Shown one piece after another: positions 62,976 to 64,000 of a stretch of 64,000 nucleotides of DNA; the first letter of the stretch is position 1; every line of letters starts with the position of its first letter. The stretch is from Octopus sinensis. Its lineage: Eukaryota. Below the pieces are notes generated by a model. The model saw only the letters and a program-made list of their open reading frames with translations, searched no databases and was not told the DNA's origin. The stretch spans positions 39,618,001-39,682,000 of the forward strand of contig NC_043014.1 in the NCBI RefSeq assembly GCF_006345805.1, given 5' to 3'. Both the position numbers and the translations under genes were made by a program.

Positions 62976-63669
62976 TGGTTAAAAACAAAAAAACAACATA
63001 TCTAATGAAAGCAGGATGCTAGTTTTCTTCACTACAATTTTTAATATTTTAAAATGTACTTGTTGAACTTAATCAATGGTTGTATAATATCTGCATTAAA
63101 ATTCCAATTACTTATGATTACTATTAATCAGATATTTTTTGTAAAATTTTTATACATTTCTCATTGTTTTCAAGGTTAAATAACCAGTTTAGACAAAGTT
63201 TGTGCCCTTGAAATTCTTCAACAAGTTGATAATTGTATTTTTTTTTTTTTTTGGTTTTTTTTTTTAAATAGAAAAATAAAATACCTCAGGATCAAGATCA
63301 GAAGTTTTCCAGCAGAGTACACATGTTCGAAAGTCTTCACAAACTTCCACAGCAGTAGAACCTTCCTCCGACTCATTATCTTTGTTGTTATGAGATAAAG
63401 CTGGAACAGAGAAAAGATCAAAAATAAATCATGGAAAAATGCATTAAAATCATTTCGAAACTAGAAGTGGGAGAAAAAGTAACATCAGTAGAAGAACAAA
63501 TTTTTTTTAAAAAAACTACTTACAAAATGAACCTGGTTTTTTATGAGGTGTTGTACAAGTTTTCCTGAGAGGGAAATCATGAGTAGAATAAGGTTGAAAT
63601 GGTCTTATCATCCACTGGGCATATGTATGATCTCCTGAAGGTGGTAGAACAGCATTTGGTAACATATCC
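43269..63669 (-). CDS. KMT2A: Trithorax / KMT2A-KMT2B (MLL1/2)-type histone H3K4 methyltransferase, 3' portion (16 coding exons, 2103 aa + stop in window; gene continues beyond position 64000)
   Basis: Hand-spliced exons 63524-63669, 63285-63400, 61401-61541, 60246-60404, 59401-59521, 59215-59293, 54126-58603, 52581-52799, 52389-52463, 50649-50788, 49653-49807, 49271-49354, 47319-47448, 46154-46249, 44302-44369, 43269-43374. All introns are GT-AG with consistent phases. Translation contains MLL1/Trx hallmarks: [118 protein letters not shown]. Invertebrate co-orthologue of KMT2A and KMT2B (trx). Confidence 0.97.
43414..43630 (+). mobile_element. TTAA-flanked (piggyBac-type) MITE
   Basis: ttaa|tcctttggtgtt ... 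aatactaaaggg|ttaa; relatives at about 43720-44165, 47115-47277 and 59844-60058. Confidence 0.75.
43929..44148. mobile_element. Second piggyBac-type MITE nested in the terminus of another
   Basis: TTAA duplicated at 43925-43928 and 44149-44152. Confidence 0.7.
44302..44369 (-). CDS. KMT2A: KMT2A/trx exon (SET-C)
   Basis: 68 nt; [22 protein letters not shown]; not in the ORF track, found by reading the sequence. Confidence 0.96.
46154..46249 (-). CDS. KMT2A: KMT2A/trx exon (SET-I/SET-C)
   Basis: 96 nt, phase 0-0; [32 protein letters not shown]. Confidence 0.97.
47319..47448 (-). CDS. KMT2A: KMT2A/trx exon (SET-N/SET-I)
   Basis: 130 nt; [43 protein letters not shown]. Confidence 0.97.
49271..49354 (-). 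CDS. KMT2A: KMT2A/trx exon (activation segment / SET-N)
   Basis: 84 nt; [28 protein letters not shown]. Confidence 0.96.
49653..49807 (-). CDS. KMT2A: KMT2A/trx exon (Win-motif region / pre-SET)
   Basis: 155 nt; [52 protein letters not shown]. Confidence 0.94.
50205..50402. mobile_element. hAT-type MITE (cagtggttcccaaact / agtttgagaaccactg)
   Basis: 16-bp TIR; 8-bp flanks ggatatgt / agatgtgt (6 of 8 identical). Confidence 0.85.
50649..50788 (-). CDS. KMT2A: KMT2A/trx exon (FYRC end)
   Basis: 140 nt; [47 protein letters not shown]. Confidence 0.95.
51636..52068 (+). mobile_element. Retroelement family F with internal gtggcacgtaaaaagcacc repeats and RTE-like (gat)n tail
   Basis: Tail aacccatgctagcatggaaagcggacgttaaa(tga)n. 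Other copies 38587-38886 (+), about 48000-48250 (-), 52841-53170 (-), 62041-62335 (-). Confidence 0.8.
52389..52463 (-). CDS. KMT2A: KMT2A/trx exon (FYRC)
   Basis: 75 nt, phase 1-1; [25 protein letters not shown] (cf. MLL1 DAWKSLTDKVQEAR). Confidence 0.94.
52581..52799 (-). CDS. KMT2A: KMT2A/trx exon (start of FYRC)
   Basis: 219 nt, phase 1-1; [10 protein letters not shown]...[21 protein letters not shown]. Confidence 0.94.
52841..53170 (-). mobile_element. Family F copy, inverted relative to 51636-52068
   Basis: Starts (atc)n ttagcgtccgttctccatgctagcatgggttggacg, 41 bp from the exon acceptor at 52799. Confidence 0.82.
54126..58603 (-). CDS. KMT2A: KMT2A/trx giant exon (FYRN C-part plus ~1490-aa mostly low-complexity linker)
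   Basis: 4478-nt open frame (ORF track 54121-58620); starts [22 protein letters not shown] after a poly-T tag acceptor; ends RRRPR then G|gttag. Confidence 0.96.
58655..59077 (+). mobile_element. Same MITE family inside a KMT2A intron, 51 bp from the giant-exon acceptor
   Basis: TSD caaacaac on both sides. Confidence 0.92.
59215..59293 (-). CDS. KMT2A: KMT2A/trx exon (FYRN N-part)
   Basis: 79 nt; [26 protein letters not shown]. Confidence 0.94.
59401..59521 (-). CDS. KMT2A: KMT2A/trx exon (PHD4-FYRN link)
   Basis: 121 nt; [40 protein letters not shown] (cf. MLL1 GFEVFRRVFVD). Confidence 0.93.
59844..60058 (-). mobile_element. piggyBac-type MITE with ATAA TSD
   Basis: ccctttagcatt / aatgctaaaggg TIR; ataa on both sides. 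Confidence 0.8.
60246..60404 (-). CDS. KMT2A: KMT2A/trx exon (PHD4)
   Basis: 159 nt, phase 0-0; [53 protein letters not shown]. Confidence 0.96.
61401..61541 (-). CDS. KMT2A: KMT2A/trx exon (ePHD)
   Basis: 141 nt, phase 0-0; [47 protein letters not shown]. Confidence 0.96.
63285..63400 (-). CDS. KMT2A: KMT2A/trx exon (start of extended PHD4/ePHD zinc finger)
   Basis: 116 nt; [39 protein letters not shown]; cag acceptor, gtat donor. Confidence 0.92.
63524..63669 (-). CDS. KMT2A: KMT2A/trx exon (post-bromodomain segment)
   Basis: 146 nt; ttag acceptor, gtaagt donor; [48 protein letters not shown] (cf. MLL1 VLPPSLDHNYAQW). Confidence 0.92.
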
Positions 63670-63895
63670 CTAAAAAAAAAATATACCAGTTATCAATGTT
63701 TTTTACAAAAATAAATTTGTAAAGTGTCATTTCTGTAATATGAATGAAACATGATTTACACTGACAATATAACTTTTTTTACCATAGTTTACAACCTAAT
63801 TATGGGTTTACTACTTTCTTATCCAGTTCTTAAACTCATGTCTAAAAATCATATGCTATTGACTGAAAATGGAATTTTAATAGAAAAGAATATTC

Positions 63896-64000
63896 GGATC
63901 TTTTCAGTTTGAACGGCAGTTTATTAAAATAATTTCCACGTAACTAAAAAATTTTAAACTTCGTATACTGGTAGAATGTGTTTACAAAACATCTTTTTCT
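63896..64000 (+). mobile_element. Same MITE family, truncated by window end
   Basis: ggatcttttcagtttgaacggcag start. Confidence 0.85.

Overview
AT-rich, microsatellite- and SINE-dense animal genomic DNA. The repeat repertoire is what I would expect of an Octopus (coleoid cephalopod) assembly; this is an inference, and no database search was run. The right third (43269-63669, minus strand) holds the last 16 coding exons of a trithorax/KMT2A-B (MLL1/2-type) H3K4 methyltransferase. I assembled them by hand: all introns are GT-AG, all phases are consistent, and the in-window part gives 2103 aa plus stop (ePHD/PHD4, FYRN, a 4478-bp linker exon, FYRC, Win region, SET, post-SET). The 5' part of the gene lies beyond the window. 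Three features of the protein stand out: a non-canonical WDR5-binding Win motif (GCIRTE instead of xxARxE), no canonical taspase-1 site in the FYRN-FYRC linker, and a C2HC zinc finger inside that linker. The left two thirds have no recognisable long host ORF. They contain several tRNA-derived SINE families, a GG-terminated MITE family with 8-bp TSDs, hAT- and piggyBac-type MITEs, a non-autonomous Helitron, a GC-rich frameshifted Tc1 (DD34E) remnant, and CR1/L2, RTE and TAA-targeting LINE remnants. Lower-confidence signals include a 55-aa signal-peptide ORF at 23886-24053 followed by an in-frame UGA and 57 more open codons, a CpG-decay boundary near 34.5-35 kb, and a possible small plus-strand gene convergent with KMT2A. 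Most ORF-track entries are microsatellite or SINE artefacts.
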